In this document: positions 1 to 13,753 of the stretch, piece by piece
How positions within the stretch are numbered: the first letter of the stretch is position 1
Layout of the letters: each line of letters opens with the position of its first letter
Assembly: GCF_963921235.1 (NCBI RefSeq)
Contig: NC_086097.1
Coordinates: 57,290,001-57,354,000 of the forward strand
Source of the DNA: Mobula hypostoma
Taxonomy: Eukaryota
DNA: 64,000 bases
Reading direction: 5' to 3'
Translations under genes and position numbers: made by a program
The notes under the pieces: model-generated
The model's input: only the letters and a program-made list of their open reading frames with translations
The model's database searches: none
Told to the model about the DNA's origin: nothing

Positions 1-230
1 GTCATGGTGTGTCGCTTGCCTTAGCGAACCTGTTCCTTTTATCCCCCTGCTGGGGTATCGCCTGTCCATCAAACTTCAAACAGTTCAGGTTCAAAGCAAC
101 TGGTCTGACAATACTCGGAACTGTGTCTCTTTTCATTAATCTCTCTCATCTCTCATATTAACATTTTGAATGTTTCCCCATTGTCTCTCTTATCGGCATC
201 AATCTTCTGATAACTTGGTCTTTTGTCACA
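1..230 (-). mobile_element. Possible partial LTR, cut by the window edge
   Basis: On the minus strand it starts TGTGACAAAAG at 230 and contains a GGGGATAAAAGG TATA-like box. No second end is visible. Confidence 0.3.
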
Positions 231-560
231 CCAGTGTAAACGTTAGGATGTTCCCACCCTTGTTTATTGCTACTGAGCCTATCTATCTAAAAAAAGAAAT
301 TGGAGGATAAAACCATTTTAGCACAAAATCAACAACTGTAATCAGTATCCTTTTTATTCTGCTATTATAGTTGGATTCCAGGTGCTCTACAGTATATACT
401 GTACATTCTAAGTTATTGATCTTTGCTACTAGTTATGCTCAGAGTTTTGCAAGTTTTAAAATTCCATACTTCTGGCATCCTAATTACATGTTTACTGACA
501 TAGCTGAACTGGAAAATTCAGGCTATATGGCACATTTTTAATGCCTTTCAGAAGGTTATA

Positions 561-1462
561 CAATGGATTCCAGTTCACTGGGACACATCAGGATTTTGGC
601 CGAATTAAATGTCTTTCCCATTTAGCTGAAGTTTCATGGAAATGGTTAAAAAGGTATTTAAAAAAAACACAAACTACCATTTACCTGAGTGACAAATTAT
701 GTATTTAAATGAAACACAACTAATTAGAACACTACCAATACTACTACAGTACTATAAAACTGTGTATTAGTTGCTAATAGTTATCAACGGAGGAATTTAT
801 CCTTTGTGCACTGCTGTATTTTTGACTGACTGTAAATGAACAGAATGTGCAGACACCTAGGCAGGTGGTACTGCCTTCATACAATGCTTTCAACGATTGC
901 ATCCGCCAAATCTTCATATTCATTGTAGCATTCAAGGTGATTGTCGATATCTTCAAATTCTTCATAGTTCCTAATTTGTTGAAGTAATGACATTGTTTTA
1001 TTTTCACTCCTGGTGTTTTCTAGCATCTCTAAGCCTGAATGCTTGAACTCAGTTCTGAATTGTCTTAACTGCTTAAAAAAGGATTTGGTGCTTTCCGGAT
1101 GTATATGACGAATAAACTCCTCTCTGGTTTCCAGCTGGGTACAAGTATTGATTGTAACCGTCATTTTGATGATCAACTCTGCCATTTTCATCAGGGATGA
1201 TGCCTGGACATACATAGCCCAGTGGTTATTTATGCCCCCATAGTCCATCCCTCCTGATTAGTTGGTACTCATCCCATCAGGTTTCACTCTCTCACCGTTT
1301 ACAATTGACTTTCAGTTCTTACTTACAGCGAGACCTTCATCTTCGTTAAGAATCTTTCCCTCTAGTTTTATTTCAATGGCTTCCTTTACCAGAGAATTCC
1401 AGCTGTTTTGTTTTTTGAGTTGTCCCAAATAAATGGCAGCCCCAATTAACTGGAATCCACTG
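561..1462 (+). mobile_element. Non-autonomous Tigger/pogo-type DNA transposon (MITE family A), interrupted by a PLE fragment
   Basis: TA|CAATGGATTCCAGTTCACTGGG ... CCCAATTAACTGGAATCCACTG are inverted ends. The interior matches the copy at 23388-26123. Confidence 0.75.
1087..1400 (-). mobile_element. Penelope-like element 3' fragment, second clade (GIY-YIG C-terminus plus 3' UTR)
   Basis: The minus-strand peptide SLVKEAIEIKLEGKILNEDEGLAVSKN resembles the PLE GIY-YIG C-terminal motif. The UTR has a decayed CTGATGA...(G)AAA core at 1158-1196. Confidence 0.7.
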
Positions 1463-1492
1463 TGTGTGTGTGTGTGTGTGTGTATACACACA

Positions 1493-2214
1493 CAGTCGGC
1501 CCTCCTTATCCGCGAGGGATTGGTTCCGGGATCCTTCACAGATACCAAAAAATGCGGATGCTCAAGTCCCTTATTCAACCTGTCTCAAAATTGGTGGACC
1601 TTAGGACCCAGCGGAACCCTGGACTTCATTTAACCTGTCTCAGTGTGGTGGACATTAGGACCCGGTGGCGGAGCTCTGAATCTGCAGTGTTTCTGTTCAC
1701 GAAAATAATCACGATCATGATTGAAAATAAAGTGGAAATAATAAAGCGATCAGAAAGAGGTGAAACGCCATCGATCATTGGAAAAGCGTTTGGCTACAGT
1801 CGGTCAACGATTGGAACAATTTTAAAGGATAAAGTGAGAAAGGCCCTGCCCCGATGAAAGCTACAATTATTACTAAGCAACGCAGTGGTTTAATTATTGG
1901 GTTTTGGAGTTTTGGGTTTTTGATCCTCCACATCAATCCGGCATGGATGGAGAGTGTGCTTGGGATCGGTCTGTCACTGGATCGAAATCGGGAACTTCTG
2001 TTCCCAAGCCCAGTGCTGAAACATAGGTTTCTTAAATGTTTTATATGCATAGAAAGGTAAAACATATATACTAAGACAAACGTTTGACTAACTGACGCTA
2101 AATAATACCGGATGTACCTGTTCCAACTTACTTAGTAACAGAACTTCCGGTTTTCTCGATTCATGGTTGGTTGTATTCGTGCATGCAGAACTCGTGGATA
2201 AGGAGCGCCGACTG
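1493..2214 (+). mobile_element. Internally deleted Tigger/pogo transposon with CENP-B-type N-terminal HTH remnant
   Basis: TIRs are CAGTCGGCCCTCCTTATCCGCGAG and CTCGTGGATAAGGAGCGCCGACTG|TA. Encodes IENKVEIIKRSERGETPSIIGKAFGYSRSTIGTILKDK. Confidence 0.85.
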
Positions 2215-2467
<253 letters not shown>

Positions 2468-3414
2468 AGTATATTCCCCATATCTTTCTCTTATTTGTTC
2501 AGAATTTGTTTTTTTTTCATGATTTCTAGTCCATCCCAAGTTTCTGTTCTACAGTACTGATCTCCAAAAACCCCACATAAATGCTGCCAAATCTCGGTGT
2601 CATTCTTTCAGTGCTATCAAATGATTTTGCCTGTAATGTTAAACGTCATTGATTTATCTCAGTTTCCTACTCACAATACTAATAAACATCAGGTAACTAT
2701 AACTGACATATCTTGTGTACTATTCTCAGTTTAAGAGTATAATGGCCTAAATATTAAAAGTGTAGGGAAAATGAACATTAAATAAAAATCAGAAATACTT
2801 AACAGCTGATGTAGAATTTGAAATATATATTGTGTTACCTATATAACTTTGCAATTGGTTGAATCATCAGATCAGCATTCTAAGTGATTGTTCAGAACTT
2901 AATAAAAATAAATTATGTAACAAAAATGATTTATGGAAGAATGTTTAAGGCTGTAATTCCTTCTTTTCTCTGCTGAGGCTTATAAAGGTTTCAAGGTCTG
3001 TTAATCTGGTTTATGACATCATTGTAACTGCTCAGTTGAATTACAGTCAACCATCAGTTAGACCAGCAATCTTCTGTTTCATTCTTGTCTAAGCAGCTCT
3101 CATGTTTCTTGAAATGCTGCATATGGATAATTTGAAGTCACTGTTTTATCAGTGTAGGCACCACTGAGCCATTTTGTTTCTCTTTAGCTTGAAGTTGTCT
3201 TCCTTATCCTTGTTTATGACTGGATTGAGTTTTCCAAACTAATTCTAAGATGTGGGAACTACTGATGGGGCAGCAAACTTGGCGCTCCTGAGATAATGGC
3301 GAACCTTTTTTAAGAACTGCCTATTGTGTTTTGTTACAACTTCGTGATATGGACCTGTTTAGACTTGCATTTTTTCCCCCTAAAGGACATCAGTAAGATT
3401 TTCAAATCCCCATG

Positions 3415-3722
3415 ATAGCATAGAACAGTACAGTATAGTACAGGCCCTTCAGCCCATGGTGTGGTGCTGACCTTTAATCTACTCCAAGATCAATGTAACC
3501 TTTCCATCCCACATAGCTCTCTATTTTTCTAAAAGTCCGTCTATCTAAGGGTCTCTAAAATATCCTGAATATATCTGCCTCTACCATCCCTAGCTGTACA
3601 TTCCATGCACATACCATTCTCTGTGTATTTAAAAATAACCTACCTCGCCCATCCTTGCTATACTTTCCTCCAATTACCTTATAAGTATGTTCTCTCATAT
3701 TAGTCATTGCTACCCTTGGAAA
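3415..3722 (-). mobile_element. CR1 LINE 3' end fragment
   Basis: The catagaacagtacag...aggcccttcagccca terminus resembles the CR1 tail at 60397. Confidence 0.6.
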
Positions 3723-6700
3723 CAATTAACTAACAATTACTTTAACAATTCAGTTAACTGGTTCTTTCATCCAGTTTTTGCCTAAGTGATCGTGCAGGGC
3801 ACCTCTTAATAGAGTGGGGCAAATCCATTTATTTTCAATTCTAACAGCATGTTGTGACTTTACGCTTTATTCTTTTGAAGTGAAATAATATGTGTGTAGT
3901 ATTAGTGACACATCTGTTTGGGTTAGAATACTCGAAAGTCAATCAATCTAGTAACTGTTCTGCTATATTATTTTGCTGAAATACTAAAACTCCAGGCAAT
4001 ATAATGAATAATATCTGACAGTTGGTATTGGGCAATACTTCATAGAGTGATTGAATTTAACATCTGTTCTTTATGACATCATATTTCTTAAAATGTGTAA
4101 TAGCAGCAATTGCTTCCAAGTTCATGTCTTTAGTAATTTGGATTGGCTTTAGTTCTATGTTTAGTTGATAGAGCATATAAGAGTGAACAATCTGGCATAT
4201 CTATTTCTAGTTTTCATGGTGGATGGAAATTAGGTTTTTCAATTAATCAGTTCCTATTCTAGATCAACTATCTTTATGTTGTATTGTTCAGAATTCTTTA
4301 TTACCATATCCACCCATGCTTTAATTTCATCTATCCTCTCAGAACAGAAATGGTTAATTATATTGTTCCAGTCCAATTCTGTCTTTTTCCACTGAGATTA
4401 GTTGTCTGCGAATTTAAGTTACACCACAACAGTTTTGTTGCAAGAATATCTTGCCAAATGACTCAGGAGTCAGCAAGACTATGAAGCTGAGGTCTGAATG
4501 TAATTTATTTTTAATTTAGGAATCCATTTTCAATTTCTCTTTGCTGCCTCTTTCATCCCTCTCTTACATTTCTTATCTCTTTTTCTGTGTGTGATTTCTT
4601 ATTAAATCTGCTGTTGATGTACAACTGGGGTTGGTGATGAGCAGAAGAGAGATACTGTCCTTCAGCTAAGGAGGAATAAAAAGGTTTCTATAATGAAGCC
4701 TTGGCTGTAGCTGTTGAATGGTCAGCTGCAACACTTTCTACTGTGCCCTCACTGTCAGTACTGAACATGCTTTCATGAATTAATCATTACACAACACTTG
4801 GGAGAGGTGAATAAACTCAATACCTTAGTGAGTTAAAAGATCTGTATCTCAACAGTTTGGGGTGGGGGAGATGGAAAAGGAGCAGGGGTGTTTCTAGCTG
4901 TATAACGTGTATTGGCGAACGCTAAGCTTCCCGATTAGATGGCTCAGGCTTTTAAATCACCTGGTTGTAGATATGGCCTCCACAGATTTCCCAGCTAGCA
5001 ATGACAAAGGAGGTGGGACTGAAGATCAGTGTTATCTCTGTCTCACTAGCCATCAATGATGAGTACCACCTTGCTACCTTATGATGTGATTAAAACATAT
5101 CATTGACTTGAGCAGTCATGCTGAACGTGACAACAGTGGGTGAAATAACACTTTTAAAAGGCAACATTTTTAACATCATTACAAATTCATTACGGATTGT
5201 GTCATGATTTTCTATAATGTGATGCTATCTTGTGCGTCAGGGAATGTGAGCTAAAAAAACTGTTGAATATGTTTATTTCCTTTCATATTCATTCTATGGG
5301 AGTAAATTTTATTGAGCATCTTAAATTTTGGATACTAATTTGTGAATTCTGTAAGGGTGAATTTTATTAATCTAAATAGCTGTAACACAGGGTCACTTGA
5401 ATTCTTTCTTTCACAGTCTTTATATGTGCTGCAAGAGTCTGTGGATCCAGTGGACAACTAATCTCAGAAGTGCAAACCGTTCATGGTTTCAGTACCATAG
5501 TATTTACTTCTACTAAGCATCACCTCAGGTCCACACACTGACGGGACCTGTCGGACAGGGAAGTTGTTTTTTTTGATTATTCACACTTCACGTGAGCAAC
5601 AGCAGGTACTTGTGGCAGGCACTGCTGTGGAGAATGTCTGCTCAGCTATGCACAGTATGCTGATAAGTCTTCCAAGAATCCTTACTCTCACTGCATTCTC
5701 CCACTTGTGTGAGTGGGTTGATATTGCAGTATACTGCAATGATATTTTCGTGAATGGAGATCTAATCCATGAGATAGCAAATGGGACCATGCCTTGATCA
5801 TACAGCTTATAGACTTGATGTCAACATGTCTAGTACTAAAATAGAAAGACATATATCAGCTTAGTCTTGTGACACCGCACTGTTCTGTGCCAATGTGTTC
5901 TCTGGCAAAGCAAGCTGGTCCGTGGAAGGGATGATAATGAAATGCGATACTTAAAACAGAGACTAGATTGAAACCAATTTGTATGTTCTGGCTGGTGCAT
6001 ACTAGAATGTCAGCAGCTGTATTTGAATTGATCTCATCAGAGATTAAACTTATATAATTCCTTGTCTTATTTAACAGTTTATTTATCACCCATGTATATT
6101 TGTGGGTGATTGATTGGGCATCCTTAGCGCCTTCAGAAGAGCTTTAGACATAAGTCATTTTGGTATCTGCTCACAAATTCTGGTCCATTGCATGAAACTG
6201 ATTTTCTACTTGGAGGCTGCACACAGTTGATGTGACAACTTGAATCTTCTGAAACACTACTGTTTGGTATAATAAGGGAACCTGGCCTTTCTTCATATTT
6301 CCTGTGTAGTGGACAATGTTTCTTGTAATATGAAGCCCTGATTTGCCTCTGTTTCTGATGTTAAACTGCAGGCTTCTCGCCGGTACATTTCTGCTGATAT
6401 TCTTGTTGCTGTTGATTATTTTGCTTAATGTCTGTGATCCAGTTTAAGGCTTTCAAGCTGCCATCAATGCTAAGTGATTCAGTAATTTACAAATAAAAGT
6501 GCTGTGATTATACCCATTCCCACAAATAGAGTAAATTATAGCTGAGAATACTTAATATTTATTACAATTCTTGCATAACTTTTTAGCCATACTGCCCAAA
6601 ATTATTGTTGAAATCGTTGATTAGTTTCAATGATGAGTGTCTGGAGACTAGAGAAACCTATGAATGAGATGATAAACTTAAAACTTTTGCTCTGAAAGCT

Positions 6701-6731
6701 TGCACAACCCAGTTTGACATTAAGTGTTGTA

Positions 6732-8588
6732 CAGTGCCTATAAGAAGTATTCATCCAGCTTGGAAGTTTTCATGTTTTATTGTTTTACAACATTGAATCA
6801 CAGTAATTTAATTTGGCCTTTTTGACAGTGATCAACAGAAAAGACTCTTTCGTGTCAAAGTAAAAATAAATTTCTACAAATTGGTCTAAATTTACTACAA
6901 TTATTAAACACAAAATAATTGATTGCATAATTACTCACCCCCTTCGAGTCAGTATTTAGCTGCACCTTTTGCAACAATTACAGCCTTGATTCTGAGTGGA
7001 TAGGTCTCTATGAGCTTTGTACATCTGGACACTGCAGTATTTCCCCATTCTTCTTTACAAAACTGCTCAAGCTCTGTCATATTGTATTGGGATCATGAGT
7101 GAACAGCCCCTTTCAAGTCCAGCCACAAATTTTCAATTGGATTGAGGTCTGGACTTTGACTTGGCCACTCTGGGACCTGTGGTTTTTAAGCTGTTCTTGT
7201 GTAGCTTTGGCTTTATGCTTGGGGTCATTGTCTTGCTGGAAAGCGAATCTTCTCCCTAGTCACAGTTCTCTTGTAGACTGTATCAGGTTTTCCTTCAGGT
7301 TTTCCTGTATTTTGCTGCATTCATTTTATCCTCCACCTTCACAAGCTTTCTAGGGCCTGCTGCAGTGAAGCATCCCCACAGCATGATGCAGCCACCACCA
7401 TGCTTCATGGTGGGGATGGTGTGTTTTTGATGATGTGTGGTGTTTGGCAGATGCATATGCCAAAGATAGCATTTAGTCTGATGGCCAAAAAGCTTAATTT
7501 TGGTTTCATCAGACCAGAGAACCTTCTTCCAGCTGTCTTCAGAGTCTCCCACATGCCTTCTGGCAGACTCTAGCTGAGATTTCATGTGAGTTTTTTTCAG
7601 CTTTCTCTTTGAGCTGCGACTGATAAAGCACCTGGGCAACAGTTGTTGTATTCGCAGACTCTCCCATCTTAAGCTTATAGTTCAAGTCTGTCCCAAGCCT
7701 TGTAGGCCATCAGGCCAGTGCTTATGCCGGTTTCTGTGGCATGAAGCGACTGAGAGTATGAGACTCCCACCCCCCGGATAGGATGCCAGTCTATTGCGAA
7801 GTTAACCCCCAGCATTTGCCGGTACTCATTTTCAGCTAGGTGGACTGGAGCAGTGTGTGGTTAAGTGTCTCGCTGCCTTGGCCGAGACTCGAACCCACGA
7901 CCTTCAGATTGTGAGCCCAACGCCCTAACCACTTGGCCACGTGCCACACACTGAAGCTTATCATTGGTCTCTTGTGGCCTCCCTCACTAGTTCCCTTCTT
8001 GAACGGTCACTGTTTTTGAGGATGGCCGGCTCTAGGTAGATTTACAGTTGTCATATTCTTTCCATTTCTTGATCGACTTAAATGTACTCCAAGGGATATT
8101 CAGTGTCTTGGAAATTTTCTTGCGTTGATCTCCTGACTTGTGCTTTTCAATAATCTTTTCACGGAGTTGCTTGAGTGTCCTTTTGTCTTCATTGTGTAGT
8201 TTTTGTCAGGATGCTAACTCACCAGCAGTTGGACCTTCCCGATACAGGTGTATTTTCACTACAATCAATTGAAACATCTTGACTGTACACCAGGTGATCT
8301 CCATTTAACTAATTACATGACTTCTAAAACCAATTGGCTGCACCAGTGATAACTTGCAGCATCATATTGAAGATGGTGAATACTTATGCAATCAATTATT
8401 TTGTTTTTTTATTTGTAATTCATTTAGATTACTGTGTAGAGATCTGTTTTCACTTTGACCTGAAAGAGTCTTTTTCTGTTGATCAGTGTCAAAAAAATGC
8501 CAAATTAAATCCATTGTGATTCAATGTTGTAACACAATAAAACACGAAACTTCCAAGGGGGTGGGGTGAATACTTTTTATAGGCACTG
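6732..8588 (-). mobile_element. Tc1-family transposon with long (~215 bp) inverted repeats and decayed transposase
   Basis: TA|CAGTGCCTATAAGAAGTATTCA ... TGAATACTTTTTATAGGCACTG|TA. Inverted similarity between about 6732-6945 and 8369-8588. Minus ORF 7295-7639 has WKKVLWSDETKI and TMKHGGGCIMLWGCF, both Tc1 DDE-domain motifs. Confidence 0.92.
7679..7950 (-). mobile_element. tRNA-derived SINE (CORE-like central domain) nested in the Tc1 element
   Basis: Minus strand has GTGGCCAAGTGG (A box) and GGTTCGAGTC (B box), then ACACTTAACC...CAGTCCACCTAGCTGAAAATGAGTACC. AAGCTTAT occurs on both sides. Confidence 0.7.
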
Positions 8589-9214
8589 TATATGGAATTT
8601 AGTTGTGGAAGATGGAAGGCTGAAGTGGATTCTGACATATTCATTCGGATGCAAGTGGGCGTAGTGGAATGCATCACCTGCATTCATATATATTTGCCTC
8701 CGTCTCCCCCACTTATCCCCACACCACAGCTAGCCCAGTTCTCTCCCTGGCATGAGCTACTCTCTTTATTTAGGTTTATTTTAACATCCACAGAATGTAA
8801 ATGTCTAAGCATTGTGAATAGCTATTGCTTTTCTTTAATCCCTCCCCTGTGCTGATGTACTTTGTTGCTAAATTCCTCTCAACATTCTTTACTTCTACTA
8901 TCGTAAGCGTTAGCCTTGTATGTCAATCCTCTCATTTGTTAGTTTGAGATATTGTAATAAATAGTTAATACTCAAAACAAAATTGTATTACTCAATATAA
9001 AAAAACCCATTTATTTTGGACAAATGTATAGACTGGATGTGGGTGGTGTGTTTCGACCTGACAAAAGTACAAGGACTTTGGCAAACCAGTCTCAAGTTGC
9101 CTGCAACTGGGCTTACCTTGAATTCTTTAAATTATAACAACTGAACAAAGAAATTCTATGCAATTGTAGGTTTGTGCATTGGTTTATATTTTAGCTGTAG
9201 AATTGATTTCATTG

Positions 9215-9500
9215 AGTTACAGCATAGAAGCAGGTCCTTTGTCCCACAACATTATCGCTGATAATTGAGCACCCATCCACAATATGGTAGATAAGTGTTC
9301 CTTTGACACCCCCCTCCTGATTCTTTTGTCACTCATCTAGTCTATGTCTAATTGCCTGCATTAGGCCCATGTCCCTCTACTTCTTTCTCATCTGAATACC
9401 TGTTCAAATGCCTTTTAAATGTTGAATTTATGTTTGCTTCCACTACCTCCTGTGGCAGCTTATTCTACGTAACTGGCACCCTCAAGGTGAAAAAACTTGC
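9215..9500 (-). mobile_element. Old CR1 3' end fragment
   Basis: Degenerate similarity to other CR1 tails in the window. Confidence 0.45.
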
Positions 9501-9659
9501 TCCCTAAGATGTAGCAAGTGTACAATGATATTAGCATACAATTTTATTGGAAACTACTAATGCATTTTGAGTTGTATCTTTAAACACTAAATAATTCACT
9601 TGTAATAGTATTCACAAATAAACTGAGATACCAAATACTGCATTTGTTTTTACTATGGA

Positions 9660-11530
9660 AGAAGACACAGAACTAAAGAAAGTAAATGGGGATGTCTTGA
9701 TAGTCCGCTTTACAGTAGAGGAGCTGCTGAATGACTTCAAAGGTACGAAGGTAGACAGGTCTCCAGGGTCTGACTAGGTATATCTAAGCACACTCTGGGA
9801 GGCCTAGCTGAGATATTGTTAGGCACAGGTAAGGTGCCAGTTGATGGGAAAGTAGTGCTTTTATTTAAGAAGGGAACAAAGAAAAACTTGAGCTATGAAC
9901 CAGTAAAGTCTAACATCTACTGTAGGTAAGTTACTGGAGAGGATTCTGAGGGATATAAGATATGCATTCACCTGGAATTACGGGTTGATTTGGAATCATC
10001 AGCATGGCTTTGTGTGTGAGAGATCGTGCCTTACAAATTAGATTGAGTTTTTTTGATGTGACCAAGGAAGTTGACAAGGGCAGCTTAATAGACATGGTTT
10101 ATATGAACTTCAGTAAGACCTCTGATGCAATACCACATGGGAGGTTGCTCTGAAAGGTGAGTTCCATATGGAATCCAGGGAGAGTTGGCTAACTGGATAC
10201 ACAATTGGCTTGATGGCAGAAAGCAGAAGATGATATTGGAAGATTGTCATTCAAACTGGAGGCCTGTGGTAGGTGATCTGGCTTAGGGCTTGGATTGAGC
10301 TGGGCCCGTATATTAGTTTGTCATCTATCTCGACTCCTTTTTTTTCCCAAGAGATTTGTACATTGTCCCAATATATAGACAGATGAAATGTAATGCAGCT
10401 CAGGTTTCAACTTTGCCTGCACCATTCCAGTGTATGTTCAAAATGTTCTTCATGAGAACCAGATTCTTTTATCCAGTGGAGAAGGAACAGCCCCAGTTCT
10501 GCTTCACCTTATTTCCATGTCTCATCCAGTTCTTGATTCTTGCCTGGGCTCCTCTAAACCATATTCCCAATGCCTTCAAGTTCTTGGATCAGATAGTAAA
10601 GTGAACAGATGGTCACTTGCCAAAAAATGGATGGCCTCACTTTTGCTGGATGGAAGTTAGCTTGATCCTTGGGGGCATTTCATACAGTTTACAGATACTC
10701 ATCAATCTGCAGACCATCAATGGACCCAAGTAGAAGGCAACAACATCATCCCTGTTTTAGTGCATGATATCTGTCTACATCCATGTATTGCAGATAATAT
10801 TAAAATAGATGGTGTTGTAGATGGTGTAGAATGTTATGAAAAATTACAGGTGGATCTTGGTCAGCTGGGTGTGTGGTGTGGACTGAGGATTGGCAAATGG
10901 CTTTCAGTCGAGATAAATGTAGCAAATTGCATTTTGGGACATTAAACCAGGGTAGGATTTGTACACTGAGTGGTAGGGTCCTGGGTGATGTTAAAGAACA
11001 GAGGGAATTATAAGTGCAGGTGCATAGTTTGCTGAAGTGGCATCAATCACAGGAAGACTGACTGGTGAAGAAAGCATTTGGCAAGTTGACCTTCATACCT
11101 TAATTAATCGGAGAATTGAATATCAGAATTGGAAAGTTAAGTTGCAGTTATACGTGATGTTGATGAGGCCACACTTAGAGTATTGTGTACAGTTTTAGGC
11201 ATTCTGTTATAGGAAGTATGTTATTAAACTAGAAAAAATACAGAAAAGACTTACCAGCACATTGTCTCAACTTGGGGCTTGAGTTACAAGGAGAGCCTAT
11301 GTAGATCAGGATTTGATTTCCCTGGAATGTAGGAAATGGATAAATGACCCTATTGAGGTTTAAAAGATCATGAGGGGTATAGGCAGAGTGAAAAAATGTA
11401 ATCTTTTTCCCTGGAATCTGATGCTTAAAAGAGGGCATGCATGGTTTAAGGTCAGAGGTGAGAGGCTTAAAAGGGGTATCAGAGGCAGCAGCTTTGTGTA
11501 AAGCATGGTGTGTATTTAGAATGAGCTCCA
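9660..11530 (+). mobile_element. Degenerate CR1 LINE ORF2 (RT) region with an unrelated insert at about 10340-10780
   Basis: DNA motifs cagcatggctttgtg, tatatgaacttcagtaag and gaggccacacttagagtattgtgtacagtt correspond to QHGF, YMDFSK and RPHLEYCVQF. Compare 60885-61658. Confidence 0.75.
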
Positions 11531-11799
11531 GAAATAAAGATTTAAGATTTTTTTTTGTCACATATACATCAAAAGGTTGTGCCTTCCTCCATTTGCCTCC
11601 TCAGCACCCAATTTTGAGTATATAGTATGCATAGCACCTTTGATGGTACAAACGGTCAGTTTTAATATGTGTATTTGTATTTTAAATTACATCCATTAAT
11701 TCTTTTTGTATTTGTTATCTATAGTGAGTATTTAATATTATGTTTAACTATATGTAGTGTGGTGTTCTGTAACTTAAGTTCCATGTTGTCCTTTTACCG

Positions 11800-12100
11800 C
11801 TACACAAACGAAGTTCCTCACGAAAAATAAAGTGAATTGAATTGAAATATGTGTCATTTGCATCAGTGACCAACACAGCCTGAGGACGTACTGGGGGAAG
11901 CCTGCAAATTTTGCCATGCTTCTGGCACTAATATAGCATGCCCACAACTTACTTAACCATAAGTTGTATGTCTTTTGAATGTGGGAGCACTGGAGGAAAC
12001 CCATGCAGGCACAGGGAGAATGTACAGCCTTACAGACTGCTGTGGGAAATGACCCCAGATTGCTGGTGATGTAATAGTGTTACGCTAACCACTATGCTAT
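11800..12100 (-). mobile_element. V-domain tRNA-SINE
   Basis: Reverse-complement similarity to the SINE at 34812-35055 (ggaggaaacccatgcaggcacagggagaatgtaca; ctaaccactatgcta). Confidence 0.6.
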
Positions 12101-12803
12101 CATACATCTAAATGCTGTCTAGTTAAGTACACTATATGGATAGGGAAGGTTTAGAGAGTAATTGGGTAGATGGGGTCTAGTTCACTGGGCAATACAGTCT
12201 GCATGGACAAATTGAACTGAAGGGCCCATTTCCATACTAAATGACTCTATATGGAACTTTTGACCTGAATGCCTCACACTACTAGTGTTGTTAGGGAGCA
12301 TTCTGGAGTTATGTGAATATAACAGATACTAATTCAAGCATGAACTAGTCTTCAATACTTATTGAAAATATAAGCAAGTTCAGGAAGCTTACAGTTAGCT
12401 TTCCCAGATTGAAGAGATTACGTATATGATAGCCAAATGTTAAAACAATGGGGTTGTGTTAACTGGCCTGTATCAAACCATACAAGATGGGCTAAGTTAC
12501 TTGAACCATTGTGACTGAGTTCAAGCTGCCATAGAGATGGATGTTGTCACTTAGCATATCTAACATGGTCGCAGGTGTAGGCAATCAGTAGTTTTTGTGT
12601 ACTTATGATATTTTTGTACTCAGACACGGTCCTGACAGCATTAATTTTGGCTGTCTGGCATTTCTGTTTCCAGAAGCTTTTGGACTATTTGTGTGAATTA
12701 CTTTGCGACAAAGGTGTTTGAACATTCAGAGTTGTCTGTCGCTCTAGATATGCAATTCAAAGGAAACATTGTCAACTCAAAATATTGAAGGAAATGATGT
12801 CAT

Positions 12804-12999
12804 TGTAACTATTGAAAATGTATTGTATCAGCTACTGTTACCCTCGATCTTAAAGGTATAAAAACTATGATGTAGCTTTGGGTTTGTGAGCCTCTACTGA
12901 GGGTATCTCCAGAATGATTCCTACTTGTTGTGATGAATAAAAACTTCTGTTTCACCAGCTTCAGTGTTTCTCTGGTGACTTTGATCATAGTCAGAACAG
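12804..12999 (+). mobile_element. Possible short solo LTR
   Basis: TGTAAC...GAACA(G) with internal TATAAAA and AATAAA. TGTCAT lies on both flanks (12798-12803, 13000-13005). Confidence 0.35.
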
Positions 13000-13241
13000 T
13001 GTCATCATCCCTCTTATGCCTGTATCCTTCCTGGTTCTTGTGGCAAATGTAATACCTCTTCCAAAGAAAACATAAATTTGTTTCATTTATTCCAAGAACT
13101 GGACAATGAGTTACTATGGTGACCTTGGAATCCAGTGACCTGAGTTCAAATAACATCATAACAGCTAGGGAATATAAATTCATACATCGGTCAGAAATTT
13201 GGACAACTAAAATACTTCAGTTAGCATTGGAGCCCTTCTTA

Positions 13242-13753
13242 AGGCTGATTTATACTTCTGCGTCAAATGGTCGCTGTAACCTACGTAAGTGGCCTACACG
13301 CGTTGTGAGCATTTATACTTGTGCGTTGGTGTGTCTGTGTCACTGGTAATTTGCGCATGTCACGCATGCGCACACATCCCCGTGCAAGGCTTCATGGTCA
13401 TGGTAGTCTTTCTCAGGGTAAACAAGTTGAAAGCGAGCGTCTTTTTTCGTAAAAGCGAAATGTGTCTGCCATAATTTCGGAGGTCTGTAAAGCTTTATGG
13501 AAAGCATTGAAGCCAGAGTTCCTTCCCTGCCCTTCAGTCGCCCAATGGGAAGCTATTGCAGCATAGGAGGAAATGTGATGCTACCAAGCGGACCAATCAC
13601 AGTTGTTGCGGTCTGCATTGCTGCGACGCGTAATTACATTTTGGGAGAGGTGCGTGTCAGGCTACGGCGTAGGAATCCGCGTAGGCTCTGCGTAGCGTTC
13701 GCAGCTACGCCGTACCTACGGTGCCAATTTGACTCAGAAGTATAAATCAGCCT
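13242..13753. mobile_element. PIF/Harbinger-type MITE
   Basis: TTA|AGGCTGATTTATACTTCTGCGTCAAAT ... ATTTGACTCAGAAGTATAAATCAGCCT|TTA: 27-bp TIR with one mismatch and a 3-bp TTA TSD. CpG-rich interior. Confidence 0.85.

Noticed and set aside
5417..5540. Good acceptor followed by xFICAAR, superficially like TALPID3 HFISAA
   Set aside because: All frames hit stops without a convincing donor, and the similarity is too short.
7870..7950. tRNA-like sequence
   Set aside because: It is the head of a SINE; no complete cloverleaf.
12674..12713. Candidate 40-nt exon KLLDYLCELLCDK
   Set aside because: Weak donor (gtgttt) and no recognisable homology.
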